A DNA stretch of 32,404 nucleotides from a virus (taxonomy: Duplodnaviria; Caudoviricetes). Location: positions 1 to 32,404 of IMG/VR virus record IMGVR_UViG_3300050147_000051. The stretch is one strand, 5' to 3'. The position numbers were made by a program, and so were the translations under genes. This document shows, in pieces, positions 1 through 7,497 of the stretch. Below the pieces are notes generated by a model. The model saw only the letters and a program-made list of their open reading frames with translations, did not search any database and had not been told where the DNA came from. Position 1 is the stretch's first letter; every line of letters starts with the position of its first letter.

Positions 1-130
1 CCCCTATTAAAATAAAAATATTTTTTTAAGCCCCCCTATACACGAAATAAACTTCGCACTTTTATTAAATAAAAAAACCTACTCTAAAGTAGGTTTAATT
101 AGTTGTGTATTGTTTAGTATTAAAATTCTA
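1..130. repeat. Terminal direct repeat, left copy (circular overlap)
   Basis: Positions 1-130 match 32275-32404, with one mismatch (C4 vs A32278); 5-130 is identical to 32279-32404. Confidence 0.95.
71..96 (-). terminator. Rho-independent terminator after the SSB-like gene
   Basis: Minus strand reads AAACCTACT-TTAG-AGTAGGTTT followed by a T run. Confidence 0.8.
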
Positions 131-806
131 AATCTTCATCTGTACTTTCAGAAGCATCAGTTTCGGTTTCTACTACTGGAACTTCTGCTTTAGCTAAATA
201 CGTTTTAAGATACGCTTCAAGTATATTAAAAACTTCATCGGCTTGGTCTGCTTCTGAATCTGAAATAGAACATAAAAATGTAAACTCAGGAACTGAAAAC
301 TTAACAGCTCCTTTTTTACCATCTTTAGCGGTTTTAACCTCAATCCATTCATCAGCTAAACGAGAACGTGTTTTTTGTGTAAACTCGCCCCACGCTTGAA
401 CGCTTGAACCTTTAAGTTGTAAGTTTGCCAATGTTCCATCTTCAAGCATTATATAAATAGATTTCACATAATGACCACCAGATGACTTTACTTTCTCTTT
501 GATGTCTTTATAAAGTCCTTTTGCAATTTCATTCCCTTTGAATGGTTTTACAATCATTGTTTCTTGTGAAATAAATTTCACTTCGTTTGAGAAAATTGCT
601 GATTGTGTTGCATCATTCCAACCTTTAATGCAGTGCATTTCGTCAAGTACTAAAAACTTAAAAGGTAAAGGGATTTGTTCATTTGAACTTGTTTCTTTGT
701 TGTAGAATGAGAAACATTTGTCGTTTGATTTCCAGTCGATAAATTTAGTAGCTGGATTACTTTGTGGCGTTTGGAACGCTTTTTTCCTGTTTGATTGTGT
801 ATTCAT
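120..806 (-). CDS. Putative single-stranded DNA-binding protein (228 aa)
   Basis: Acidic C-terminal tail ending in an aromatic residue (ETDASESTDEDLEF), typical of SSBs; it has its own promoter and terminator. Function is inferred. Confidence 0.55.
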   Translation of the reverse strand: MNTQSNRKKAFQTPQSNPATKFIDWKSNDKCFSFYNKETSSNEQIPLPFKFLVLDEMHCIKGWNDATQSAIFSNEVKFISQETMIVKPFKGNEIAKGLYKDIKEKVKSSGGHYVKSIYIMLEDGTLANLQLKGSSVQAWGEFTQKTRSRLADEWIEVKTAKDGKKGAVKFSVPEFTFLCSISDSEADQADEVFNILEAYLKTYLAKAEVPVVETETDASESTDEDLEF

Positions 807-871
807 TATAATATATTATTTATGGTCTGAAATTATGATGCCCAAACCTTGCATCTGTTATTATGATGTTG

Positions 872-903
872 TAAATATAGTAATTTAAAATGATATAGCC
901 AAA
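872..903 (-). promoter_or_regulatory. Bacteroidota sigma-A-type promoter for the SSB-like gene
   Basis: TTTG (903-900), 20-nt spacer, TATATTTA (879-872), which is one mismatch from TAnnTTTG. Confidence 0.55.
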
Positions 904-1328
904 CTTGACTTTCTTGGTGTTGTTGAAACTTTGGGAACGATTACGCCAGCTTCATCGTAAATCTCTTTATCTGACTTTAAAGCAAGTTTTAAAAGTTCTT
1001 CACGTTCTTTTAACTCTTTTGTAATATCGCTCCAAATTTCGCATTCTTTGAAGTTTATAGTATTGCCGCCATCTCTAAAAGTCCCTTTTAAACCAAACTC
1101 CTCAAAGTTTTCTTGTGGAATAACTTTAATTAACTCGGTATTAACTACGTCTAACGCTTCTTGAAGTCTTTTAGCTTGTGCTAATAACTCAAATTTGTTT
1201 ACATTTCCTTTGTCTAAAAGTTCTGTAATAAATTTCTTTGCTCCGAATTGTATTTCTTTTTTGTTTGGTAAAAAGTTTGATGTTTGAATTTCTTGTTCTC
1301 GCATCAACATAAATAAGTCTTTACTCAT
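885..1328 (-). CDS. Hypothetical phage protein (147 aa)
   Basis: Long ORF with an AT-rich start context, co-oriented with its neighbours. Confidence 0.8.
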   Translation of the reverse strand: MSKDLFMLMREQEIQTSNFLPNKKEIQFGAKKFITELLDKGNVNKFELLAQAKRLQEALDVVNTELIKVIPQENFEEFGLKGTFRDGGNTINFKECEIWSDITKELKEREELLKLALKSDKEIYDEAGVIVPKVSTTPRKSSLAISF

Positions 1329-1332
1329 AATT

Positions 1333-1503
1333 TTATACGTTATGTTGTTTTACAATTTCTTTAGTATCATAATTCTGAAAGCATTGATAAGGCGTTAATC
1401 CGTTCCAGTACATTTGAAAACGATACACTTGTTGTTTAGTTCTTTTGTTGTGGAATGTATATCCGCTTACTTCGTTACAGAAGTCCATAAATGATTGTTG
1501 CAT
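1333..1503 (-). CDS. Small hypothetical protein (56 aa, MQQSFMDFCNEVSGY...)
   Basis: Translated by hand; fills the gap between the promoter at 1520 and the next gene. Confidence 0.65.
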   Translation of the reverse strand: MQQSFMDFCNEVSGYTFHNKRTKQQVYRFQMYWNGLTPYQCFQNYDTKEIVKQHNV

Positions 1504-1519
1504 AGTTAATTATTTTTAT

Positions 1520-1550
1520 CAAATTTAATCTATTGCTTTGTTTTACGCAA
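1520..1550 (-). promoter_or_regulatory. Bacteroidota-type promoter
   Basis: TTG (1550-1548), 20-nt spacer, TAAATTTG (1527-1520). Confidence 0.65.
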
Positions 1551-1574
1551 TAGGTGGGGTTAGTTTAGAATGAA

Positions 1575-2225
1575 TTAAAATAACTTCTGTTGTGAAACAT
1601 GGTTGTTAATTCTTTGAATTGATTTGTCGAAGTATTCTTTGTCAAGTTCACAGGCGGTTAATTCAAATCCGTAATCGTGACAGGCTATTGCAATGCTACC
1701 AGAACCTAAATGAGTATCTAAAATTTTATCTCCTTTGTTTGCATAGTTTTTTAAAAGCCATCTATATAATTTTTCGGGTTTTTGAGTTGGATGAATACTA
1801 CCGCCTTTTTGAGCAATTAAACCTCTGTTTATGTTTATTTGTCTTGTTGCTTTTTGGAAACTACTATAAGCAATTTCGCCATCACTCATACTTAATCCTT
1901 CTTGACCTTTAAACCAAAAAATCCAACCCATCGAACTATTGTTTAAATGTTCAACAAAATAGTTTGCACCCCAAATAATTTGATTTTTAGAAACCCTAAA
2001 TAATTCTTTAAAGTATTCCTTACTTGGTATTGCATTATCCCAGTCTTTTTGTTTGTGTGCTTTACGTTTATGTTTTGGATTTTTAGTAAAGGTTTCAGTT
2101 TGTCCACCTCTTTCAATCCCATAGGGTGGGTCAACAATTGCTAAATCGAAGTAATTATCAGGGTAACGCGCCATTAAAAGAATATTATCTTCTTGAGTGA
2201 TTGTTATTTTATCTGTTATTTTCAT
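1575..2225 (-). CDS. DNA N6-adenine/N4-cytosine methyltransferase, beta class (216 aa)
   Basis: Motif IV DPPY precedes HPTQKP and the SAM-binding motif I (LDTHLGSGS). Confidence 0.92.
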   Translation of the reverse strand: MKITDKITITQEDNILLMARYPDNYFDLAIVDPPYGIERGGQTETFTKNPKHKRKAHKQKDWDNAIPSKEYFKELFRVSKNQIIWGANYFVEHLNNSSMGWIFWFKGQEGLSMSDGEIAYSSFQKATRQININRGLIAQKGGSIHPTQKPEKLYRWLLKNYANKGDKILDTHLGSGSIAIACHDYGFELTACELDKEYFDKSIQRINNHVSQQKLF

Positions 2226-2338
2226 ATCTTAAACAATATTTTTTCAATTAATTTTCGTTTGTAATACATTTTATTATACTCTTTTTTTCGCTCTTTATTT
2301 TTAGCGTACCAAATTCGAGTTTTTTCGGCTTTAGTCAT
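2222..2338 (-). CDS. Small basic protein (38 aa, MTKAEKTRIWYAKNKERKKEY...)
   Basis: Translated by hand; its start and stop overlap both neighbouring genes (TAATG, ATGA). Confidence 0.6.
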   Translation of the reverse strand: MTKAEKTRIWYAKNKERKKEYNKMYYKRKLIEKILFKI

Positions 2339-2586
2339 TACATAAAATTTAGTTTACTTTCTCTTACTTCCCAAATAGTATGAACGTAAATTACTTCGGG
2401 AATATTTATATTTTTTTCATTAAAATTTATAATATCATAAACTTCGCCTTGAGTAAGTTCATATACTTTGTTTTTCTTTATAATACTTGGTTTTATTCCT
2501 AATTTTAACGCTCTTTGTCTTATAGTACTTTGACTATAATTATAAGACTCTGCTACTTCTTTTACTGAGTGCTTGTAGTTACTCAT
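2338..2586 (-). CDS. Helix-turn-helix DNA-binding protein (about 82 aa)
   Basis: SVKEVAESYNYSQSTIRQRALKLGI is an HTH pattern; the start is probably the ATG at 2586, overlapping the upstream gene. Confidence 0.7.
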   Translation of the reverse strand: MSNYKHSVKEVAESYNYSQSTIRQRALKLGIKPSIIKKNKVYELTQGEVYDIINFNEKNINIPEVIYVHTIWEVRESKLNFM

Positions 2587-2761
2587 AAAAATTATCTTTA
2601 AAAAATTGCACCAATTCAATAGAGTCGTAATATCCTACTTCTTTTTCTTCTCTATTTTTTATAAACCACTCCGCAAACTTAATAGCAAAATCTTCTGTTA
2701 TAGATATTTCTCCAACAACTCCAATAATATTATTTTCAAACTTTTCTCTTAACTTACTCAT
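2579..2761 (-). CDS. Hypothetical protein (60 aa)
   Basis: ORF coupled to both neighbours; contains FAIKFAEW. Confidence 0.7.
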   Translation of the reverse strand: MSKLREKFENNIIGVVGEISITEDFAIKFAEWFIKNREEKEVGYYDSIELVQFFKDNFYE

Positions 2762-3228
2762 AACTTCTCATTTGCTAATTTTCTAACTATTTCGCCTAAC
2801 TCGTAACTATTCGGAGTTGCTAAAATATATTTTAAAGGGATTTCTACTTTTCGGGTGTCTTCGACAATCCCCTCTCTAACAAAAGCCTCTTTAATATTTT
2901 CATCTTTGCATAGTTCTTTAACAAATTTTTCGGTTAAAGTGTATGTTTTTTCTTTTCCTATCTTTTTAAGTATATTTTCAGTATTCCATTCTTTGTAAGA
3001 TATTATTTCTGCATATCTAGCATAATTTCCTCCTCCAAATAAACCAATATAATTATCAGTTCCTTTCATATAGTCATTTTCTTTTTTTGCTCCGAAAAAA
3101 GACATATCTTGTTTATTATAAAATATATTCCAATTTGAAATATCATATATTTTATTATTCCAAATACATTTAACCTCTTTCGCATTTTCAAAATGCTTTT
3201 TAACTTTCTCTAATGTTGGTGTTTTCAT
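2758..3228 (-). CDS. Hypothetical protein (156 aa)
   Basis: ORF with an ATGA overlap to the next gene. Confidence 0.75.
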   Translation of the reverse strand: MKTPTLEKVKKHFENAKEVKCIWNNKIYDISNWNIFYNKQDMSFFGAKKENDYMKGTDNYIGLFGGGNYARYAEIISYKEWNTENILKKIGKEKTYTLTEKFVKELCKDENIKEAFVREGIVEDTRKVEIPLKYILATPNSYELGEIVRKLANEKL

Positions 3229-3231
3229 AAC

Positions 3232-3441
3232 TTATAATTGTTTAAAATCGATTACTTCGATGTTGTTAATTTTATCATTTTCAAGTAGTTCAAATAGTTT
3301 ATTATCACTTACTTTTTTTGCTTCAATACGTCTAAATGCTTCTGACATTTGCTCATCATTTGCGATGTTTCCACCGAGTGAAGAAAACCACGTTTGAAAG
3401 TTCTCGCACTCTTTTTGCCATTCGTTTATTTGTAATCGCAT
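3232..3441 (-). CDS. Hypothetical protein (69 aa)
   Basis: ORF within a tightly packed operon. Confidence 0.7.
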   Translation of the reverse strand: MRLQINEWQKECENFQTWFSSLGGNIANDEQMSEAFRRIEAKKVSDNKLFELLENDKINNIEVIDFKQL

Positions 3442-3563
3442 AAGTTTCTCTTTTTATCAATTAATATTTCAATTACTACTTCTTTTAATTTTTTACTTAC
3501 TAAACTAATTCGATTAATCGATGGTTTGTTTATGAAAGCTAATATTTCGTTATCGGTTATCAT
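3426..3563 (-). CDS. Small hypothetical protein (45 aa, MITDNEILAFINKP...)
   Basis: Translated by hand; fills the gap between adjacent genes. Confidence 0.55.
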   Translation of the reverse strand: MITDNEILAFINKPSINRISLVSKKLKEVVIEILIDKKRNLCDYK

Positions 3564-3565
3564 AA

Positions 3566-3847
3566 CTATTTTCTATTTAAAATTCTTAATGCTTTGTTAC
3601 TCTGTTTGATGTAAAATTCACTAAGTCCCGATGCTTGTGCAGTATCTCGAATAAATAAAAGCACCTCAATCGCTTCGGCAATATTCTTTTCGGTTGTATA
3701 AATTGCACTTTCTAATGGCTCGAAATCGTCGTTATCTTTAGCGAATTGCATACACTCGGTAAGTATTACTGGCTCGGGTTGTTCAATTGGGTCAATTTCG
3801 TTAGGATTCATAAAATCTAAATCCGCTCTTGTGTTATCGTAGTTCAT
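3566..3847 (-). CDS. Hypothetical protein (93 aa)
   Basis: ORF within a tightly packed operon. Confidence 0.75.
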   Translation of the reverse strand: MNYDNTRADLDFMNPNEIDPIEQPEPVILTECMQFAKDNDDFEPLESAIYTTEKNIAEAIEVLLFIRDTAQASGLSEFYIKQSNKALRILNRK

Positions 3848-3854
3848 TACTCCG

Positions 3855-4028
3855 TTATTTTAAACTCTCATCTGCACATTTTTTCAATGCTTCAGATTGT
3901 AGTTGGTTAATAAAATTGTTTACTTGTTCTTTCATTGTATCGTGTTGGTCTTTTGGAACTACTCGACTAATTCTCATTGTAGTACTTTCTACTTTAAATT
4001 TTGGTGGTGCGCCTACTTTTTTAGTCAT
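3855..4028 (-). CDS. Small putative DNA-binding protein (57 aa, ribbon-helix-like)
   Basis: Translated by hand as MTKKVGAPPKFKVESTTMRISRVVPKDQHDTMKEQVNNFINQL: basic arm, alternating strand, then helix. The fold is inferred. Confidence 0.55.
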   Translation of the reverse strand: MTKKVGAPPKFKVESTTMRISRVVPKDQHDTMKEQVNNFINQLQSEALKKCADESLK

Positions 4029-4030
4029 TT

Positions 4031-4660
4031 TTATTTATTTAAAGTTAGTAAATATGATTTCAAAGCATTATAAACAGCTTCAATTTGTTTGAAATTCTCA
4101 GTGTTTCTTTCTGTTAAAATAACTTCTGTTGATGCAAAAAATAAATCCCAATCTTTAATAGTTTTTTGCTTACATCCAATTTGTATTTTTTCTCCAATAA
4201 TTGAAAAAGACCATTTGCAAAAAATAGGTAAAAAAGCAAATTCTTTATTTAAAGCTGATTCTAAGTTAGCCGAACGCAAGTTAGCTGATTCTAAGTTAGC
4301 TGATTCTAAGTTAGCTGATTCTAAGTTAGCTGATTCTAAGTTAGCTGATTCTAAGTTAGCTGATTCTAAGTTAGCTGATTCTAAGTTAGCCAAACGCAAG
4401 TTAGCCGAACGCAAGTCAGCTGATTCTAAGTTAGCCGAACGCAAGTTAGCTGATTCTAAGTTAGCTGATTCTAAGTCAGCTGATTCTAAGTTAGCCGAAC
4501 GCAAGTCAGCTGATTCTAAGTTAGCCGAACGCAAGTTAGCGTAATTTAAACTTATGTTTTCTTTAATAGCTTTTTCAACAGCATCTTTAATAGTAGCGTT
4601 TTCTTTTTCATAAGTAAATAATACTTTTCCAAATATTGACTTAATTTCAATTTTTACCAT
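4031..4660 (-). CDS. Pentapeptide repeat protein (209 aa)
   Basis: 19 tandem A(N/D)L(E/R)S-type pentapeptides plus a C-terminal IQIGC-containing domain. Confidence 0.93.
   Translation of the reverse strand: MVKIEIKSIFGKVLFTYEKENATIKDAVEKAIKENISLNYANLRSANLESADLRSANLESADLESANLESANLRSANLESADLRSANLRLANLESANLESANLESANLESANLESANLESANLESANLRSANLESALNKEFAFLPIFCKWSFSIIGEKIQIGCKQKTIKDWDLFFASTEVILTERNTENFKQIEAVYNALKSYLLTLNK
4256..4540. repeat. 15-bp tandem repeat (19 units) encoding the pentapeptides
   Basis: Units are TGATTCTAAGTTAGC or CGAACGCAAGT(T/C)AGC variants. Confidence 0.95.
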
Positions 4661-4690
4661 AATTTCTATTTTTTAGTGATTAATTATACG

Positions 4691-4719
4691 CAAATATAAT
4701 AATTTTATTTTAATTACAA
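4691..4719 (-). promoter_or_regulatory. Bacteroidota-type promoter for the early operon
   Basis: TTG (4719-4717) and TATATTTG (4698-4691), directly upstream of the pentapeptide gene. Confidence 0.7.
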
Positions 4720-4745
4720 TACAATACAACACAATACAACACAAT
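4716..4745. repeat. (ACAAY)6 microsatellite over the -33 region
   Basis: ACAAT ACAAT ACAAC ACAAT ACAAC ACAAT. Confidence 0.85.
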
Positions 4746-4762
4746 TTATATTAATTCTAAAT

Positions 4763-4787
4763 AAAAAACCACCGATTAAGGTGGTTT
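4763..4787 (-). terminator. Rho-independent terminator after the second methyltransferase
   Basis: Minus strand reads AAACCACC-TTAATC-GGTGGTTT followed by TTT. Confidence 0.8.
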
Positions 4788-4811
4788 AGTAGTTGTGGTG
4801 TTGGGGTTTAG

Positions 4812-5558
4812 TTAATTGTTTTTTATTCTTTCGTTAATAATATCAAAATACTTTTTTTCTTTTTCTATTAAAATATAGTTTCTATTAGTATTTAAACAAG
4901 CTATTGCAGTTGTTCCAGAACCAGCACAATTATCTAAAATAATATCATTTTCATTACTATATGTTTTAATTAAATATTCAAATAAAGCTACTGGTTTTTG
5001 TGTTGGATGCAATCTGTTTAATTGGTTACACTCTGCATTATACTTAGAATAGTTAATAATATTCTTTGGGTATCTTTTTTTATTATCATATCCATCTTTA
5101 CTTTTTGCCACTCCAGATGCAACAGGAGTAGCACTACTTGAACTACTCCCTAAATTTATTGGTCTTATGTTTTTAGTTTGTGCATCTTCCATAATTGGGT
5201 AGTAATTAACCTTTCCTGCACTGCTAAAAACACAAACATCTTCTGTAACTATCATTGGTCTATACTTTGCTAATGCAAATGCTCCTGATAGTTCTTTATT
5301 CCACACCCAAGAGTGTTTGAAGTTTTTAATATTGCTTCCAATTAGCTTAGTAGTAAATGGCTGTGCTGAAAATAAAACTATTGCACCATTCGGCTTTATA
5401 ATTCTATTATACTGCATCCAAAGTTTATCAAAAGGTATTATTTCATCCCAACTACAAGCCGTTGTTCCATAAGGTAAATCGCAAATAATCATATCAATAC
5501 TTTTATCTTCAATTTCTTTCATTAATTCTAAACAATCACCTAATATTACTTTATTCAT
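4812..5558 (-). CDS. DNA methyltransferase, beta class (248 aa)
   Basis: Contains CDLPYG (motif IV variant), HPTQKP and LDNCAGSGTT (motif I). Confidence 0.92.
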   Translation of the reverse strand: MNKVILGDCLELMKEIEDKSIDMIICDLPYGTTACSWDEIIPFDKLWMQYNRIIKPNGAIVLFSAQPFTTKLIGSNIKNFKHSWVWNKELSGAFALAKYRPMIVTEDVCVFSSAGKVNYYPIMEDAQTKNIRPINLGSSSSSATPVASGVAKSKDGYDNKKRYPKNIINYSKYNAECNQLNRLHPTQKPVALFEYLIKTYSNENDIILDNCAGSGTTAIACLNTNRNYILIEKEKKYFDIINERIKNN

Positions 5559-6037
5559 ACCTCCCCACTTTCTTTTTTAACGTATTTTCTGCTCCAAATT
5601 ACAAAGAATATGAATGCAGTAATACAGATTATTAATAATACCCAATTCCAAAAATTACCTTTTGTTGATTCTGTTTGCTTAACTTCAACTGACTTTTTAG
5701 CTTTTACATTTACTTTAACCGCTTTTTGTTCAATTTTAGCAACTTTCTCAACTTTGTTAGTAGTTATATTGTTTTTAACTTTTAGGTGTTTTAAAGTAAC
5801 GTTTTTATAAGTTTTACCATTTACGATAATTTCTTTTGTATTGTCAACTGGAACTATTACTAATTCATCTGTATCGGTGCAATCAATAACTTTAACATTC
5901 GTATCGGTTTTCGTTTCACTTTTACTATTGTCGGTAATTTCGGTCTTTACCTTTTCGGTAGTATCTGATTTGTTTACTTTTCGAGTTCCACAACTAAATA
6001 GTAAAATAGTTGATAATAGGATTAGTTTAGTTTTCAT
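5555..6037 (-). CDS. Lipoprotein with a C-terminal transmembrane helix; putative unimolecular spanin (160 aa)
   Basis: Lipobox LLFSC (Cys16), a Thr/Lys/Val-rich periplasmic region and a C-terminal TM (FWNWVLLIICITAFIFFVIW) followed by basic residues. This matches the topology of T1 gp11-type u-spanins. Confidence 0.7.
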   Translation of the reverse strand: MKTKLILLSTILLFSCGTRKVNKSDTTEKVKTEITDNSKSETKTDTNVKVIDCTDTDELVIVPVDNTKEIIVNGKTYKNVTLKHLKVKNNITTNKVEKVAKIEQKAVKVNVKAKKSVEVKQTESTKGNFWNWVLLIICITAFIFFVIWSRKYVKKESGEV

Positions 6038-6258
6038 TTTGTAATTGTTTTAATTTCAAGTTTTTTTATTTGTTTTTCTAATTGTATATTAGTAGTTAAT
6101 AAAGCAAAACATAACATAATAAATATACCATTTAATATTGTATAATATGCATATTTATGGAAAGTACTTTTTTTATCATTAAGATTATATGCTACTAAGA
6201 AATAAAATAGCAACCAAAAAACTAATAGTGTCATTAAAAAATAATATCTGTTGTCCAT
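6034..6258 (-). CDS. Small membrane protein (74 aa, 2 TM)
   Basis: Two hydrophobic segments; ATGA overlap with the spanin-like gene. Confidence 0.7.
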   Translation of the reverse strand: MDNRYYFLMTLLVFWLLFYFLVAYNLNDKKSTFHKYAYYTILNGIFIMLCFALLTTNIQLEKQIKKLEIKTITK

Positions 6259-6265
6259 AATCTCT

Positions 6266-6325
6266 CTATTTATTTAAGTTATTAAAAATTTCGTTTGCCT
6301 CTTTGCATTTATCTGTTAGTATCAT
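6266..6325 (-). pseudogene. 19-aa mini-ORF (MILTDKCKEANEIFNNLNK), possible internally deleted gene remnant
   Basis: Good start context (TAACTATG) directly after the upstream stop codon; the remnant interpretation is inferred. Confidence 0.35.
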
Positions 6326-6327
6326 AG

Positions 6328-6525
6328 TTATTCAAATATTTCAATCCATTCCCATTTTGTACTTCCATCATTGCATTGCCACATTTGTTGCAACATCAAT
6401 TCTGTTTTTGCTGTGTTCTCATCAATTAGTATATATTTATACGCATATCTAAACTCGTTTGTTTTACACCATTCTTGTGTATAATAAACACTATTAATAG
6501 ACTTTGTAGTTTTTTTTTCTTTCAT
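6328..6525 (-). CDS. Hypothetical protein (65 aa)
   Basis: ORF containing LQQMWQ...EW. Confidence 0.7.
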   Translation of the reverse strand: MKEKKTTKSINSVYYTQEWCKTNEFRYAYKYILIDENTAKTELMLQQMWQCNDGSTKWEWIEIFE

Positions 6526-6674
6526 AAAACTTCTTTTAAAAAATTAGTAATTTGTTTTATTTTTTCTTCTTTAGTTAAGTTTTCGTTTATGTGAAAACTA
6601 TAACTTTTACTTGATTTCTGATAAGGTAAAAATACGATATTTACCTTTGTTGTTGTTTTTATTGGTGGTGACAT
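6522..6674 (-). CDS. Small hypothetical protein (50 aa, MSPPIKTTTKVNIVF...)
   Basis: Translated by hand; ATGA overlap with the next gene. Confidence 0.6.
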   Translation of the reverse strand: MSPPIKTTTKVNIVFLPYQKSSKSYSFHINENLTKEEKIKQITNFLKEVL

Positions 6675-6676
6675 AA

Positions 6677-6913
6677 TTATTCATTATTTTTTACAAATGT
6701 AAATTGATTAATTTTTATAATATTCTTTGAAAACTTCCTGACACCCCTATAGGTCTTACCTAAACTTTTTGCATTTTCAGAAACGCTTTGTAAATTAAGC
6801 AAGTCAAATATATGTATCGCAATTGATACTAAACTGTCGTCATTTAAGTCTTTTATTTTATATTTATCATCGATAAACTTTATAATTTTCTCTGTGTTTT
6901 CAAAGTTTGACAT
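6677..6913 (-). CDS. Small protein with an HTH-like segment (78 aa), next to the cassette array boundary
   Basis: LQSVSENAKSLGKTYRGVRKF resembles an HTH motif. Confidence 0.65.
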   Translation of the reverse strand: MSNFENTEKIIKFIDDKYKIKDLNDDSLVSIAIHIFDLLNLQSVSENAKSLGKTYRGVRKFSKNIIKINQFTFVKNNE

Positions 6914-6961
6914 GATAGTATCTTTTTTGATATTAATGATAGCAAGTAGTTACCTGCAAGG

Positions 6962-7324
6962 CTACCTTGACACTCCGATAACAGCATCGGGATATTCTTT
7001 ACATGCTTCTAAATACTTTTCGACAAAAGGAACAAAATGTTCATACATTCCCCATCCATTAGGTGAATTAAAAGTTTCAAAATGTTCAGGTTTTGCTTTT
7101 AAATCAGCTAATCCTTTTTCAAGTAATTCAACTATTTCACTTGCCTTTGTTTTATCAATTTCTTCTGGTCGCCAAAGTGCTTCGTAAATTCCTGCTTCAC
7201 CTGCCATTTTCCCTAAGTTATGGGTAATGTTTGCATCGTAAACGGTTTCATCTTCTTCTGTTAATGTTTTGCCAGCATCGTAGCTAATCCATTTTTTTCG
7301 TGTTAAATAAACGTCTAAACTCAT
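6962..7324 (-). CDS. Cassette A gene: hypothetical phage-type protein (120 aa)
   Basis: MSLDVYL...ANITHNL...LWRPEE...PNGWG; lies entirely inside cassette 6950-7491. Confidence 0.85.
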   Translation of the reverse strand: MSLDVYLTRKKWISYDAGKTLTEEDETVYDANITHNLGKMAGEAGIYEALWRPEEIDKTKASEIVELLEKGLADLKAKPEHFETFNSPNGWGMYEHFVPFVEKYLEACKEYPDAVIGVSR

Positions 7325-7364
7325 TTTGTTTCTTTTTTAAAATACTACTGATAATCCGCCCAGC

Positions 7365-7497
7365 AGGTAACAGCGGTTTGTAGCAAAAAGGGCTGATGTG
7401 CTACATTCATCATTTGTGGTTCTAATCGGCAGTAGTGGTAAATTAAAACATCGTGCTTCTAAATCCCTTTCAGCTACAAGCCGAAATACGGTTATGC
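7365..7497 (+). other. attC-like recombination site 1 (133 bp)
   Basis: AGGTAAC ... CGGTTTGTAGC-AAAAAGGG ... CCCTTT-CA-GCTACAAGCCG ... GTTATGC forms an imperfect inverted repeat with AAC/GTT cores. Confidence 0.8.

Noticed and set aside
1-130. Biological terminal repeat of the virion DNA
   Set aside because: The length is close to common assembler k-mer overlaps and the repeat cuts into the end of a gene, so it is more likely a circular assembly overlap; reads are needed to decide.
1943-2137. Nested 64-aa minus-strand ORF
   Set aside because: It is an alternative frame inside the methyltransferase with no independent evidence.
4256-4540. Possible CRISPR array
   Set aside because: The 15-bp units are contiguous with no unique spacers and are in frame within a coding sequence.
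4089-4544. Plus-strand 151-aa ORF with LADSK repeats
   Set aside because: It is the antisense shadow of the pentapeptide repeat gene.
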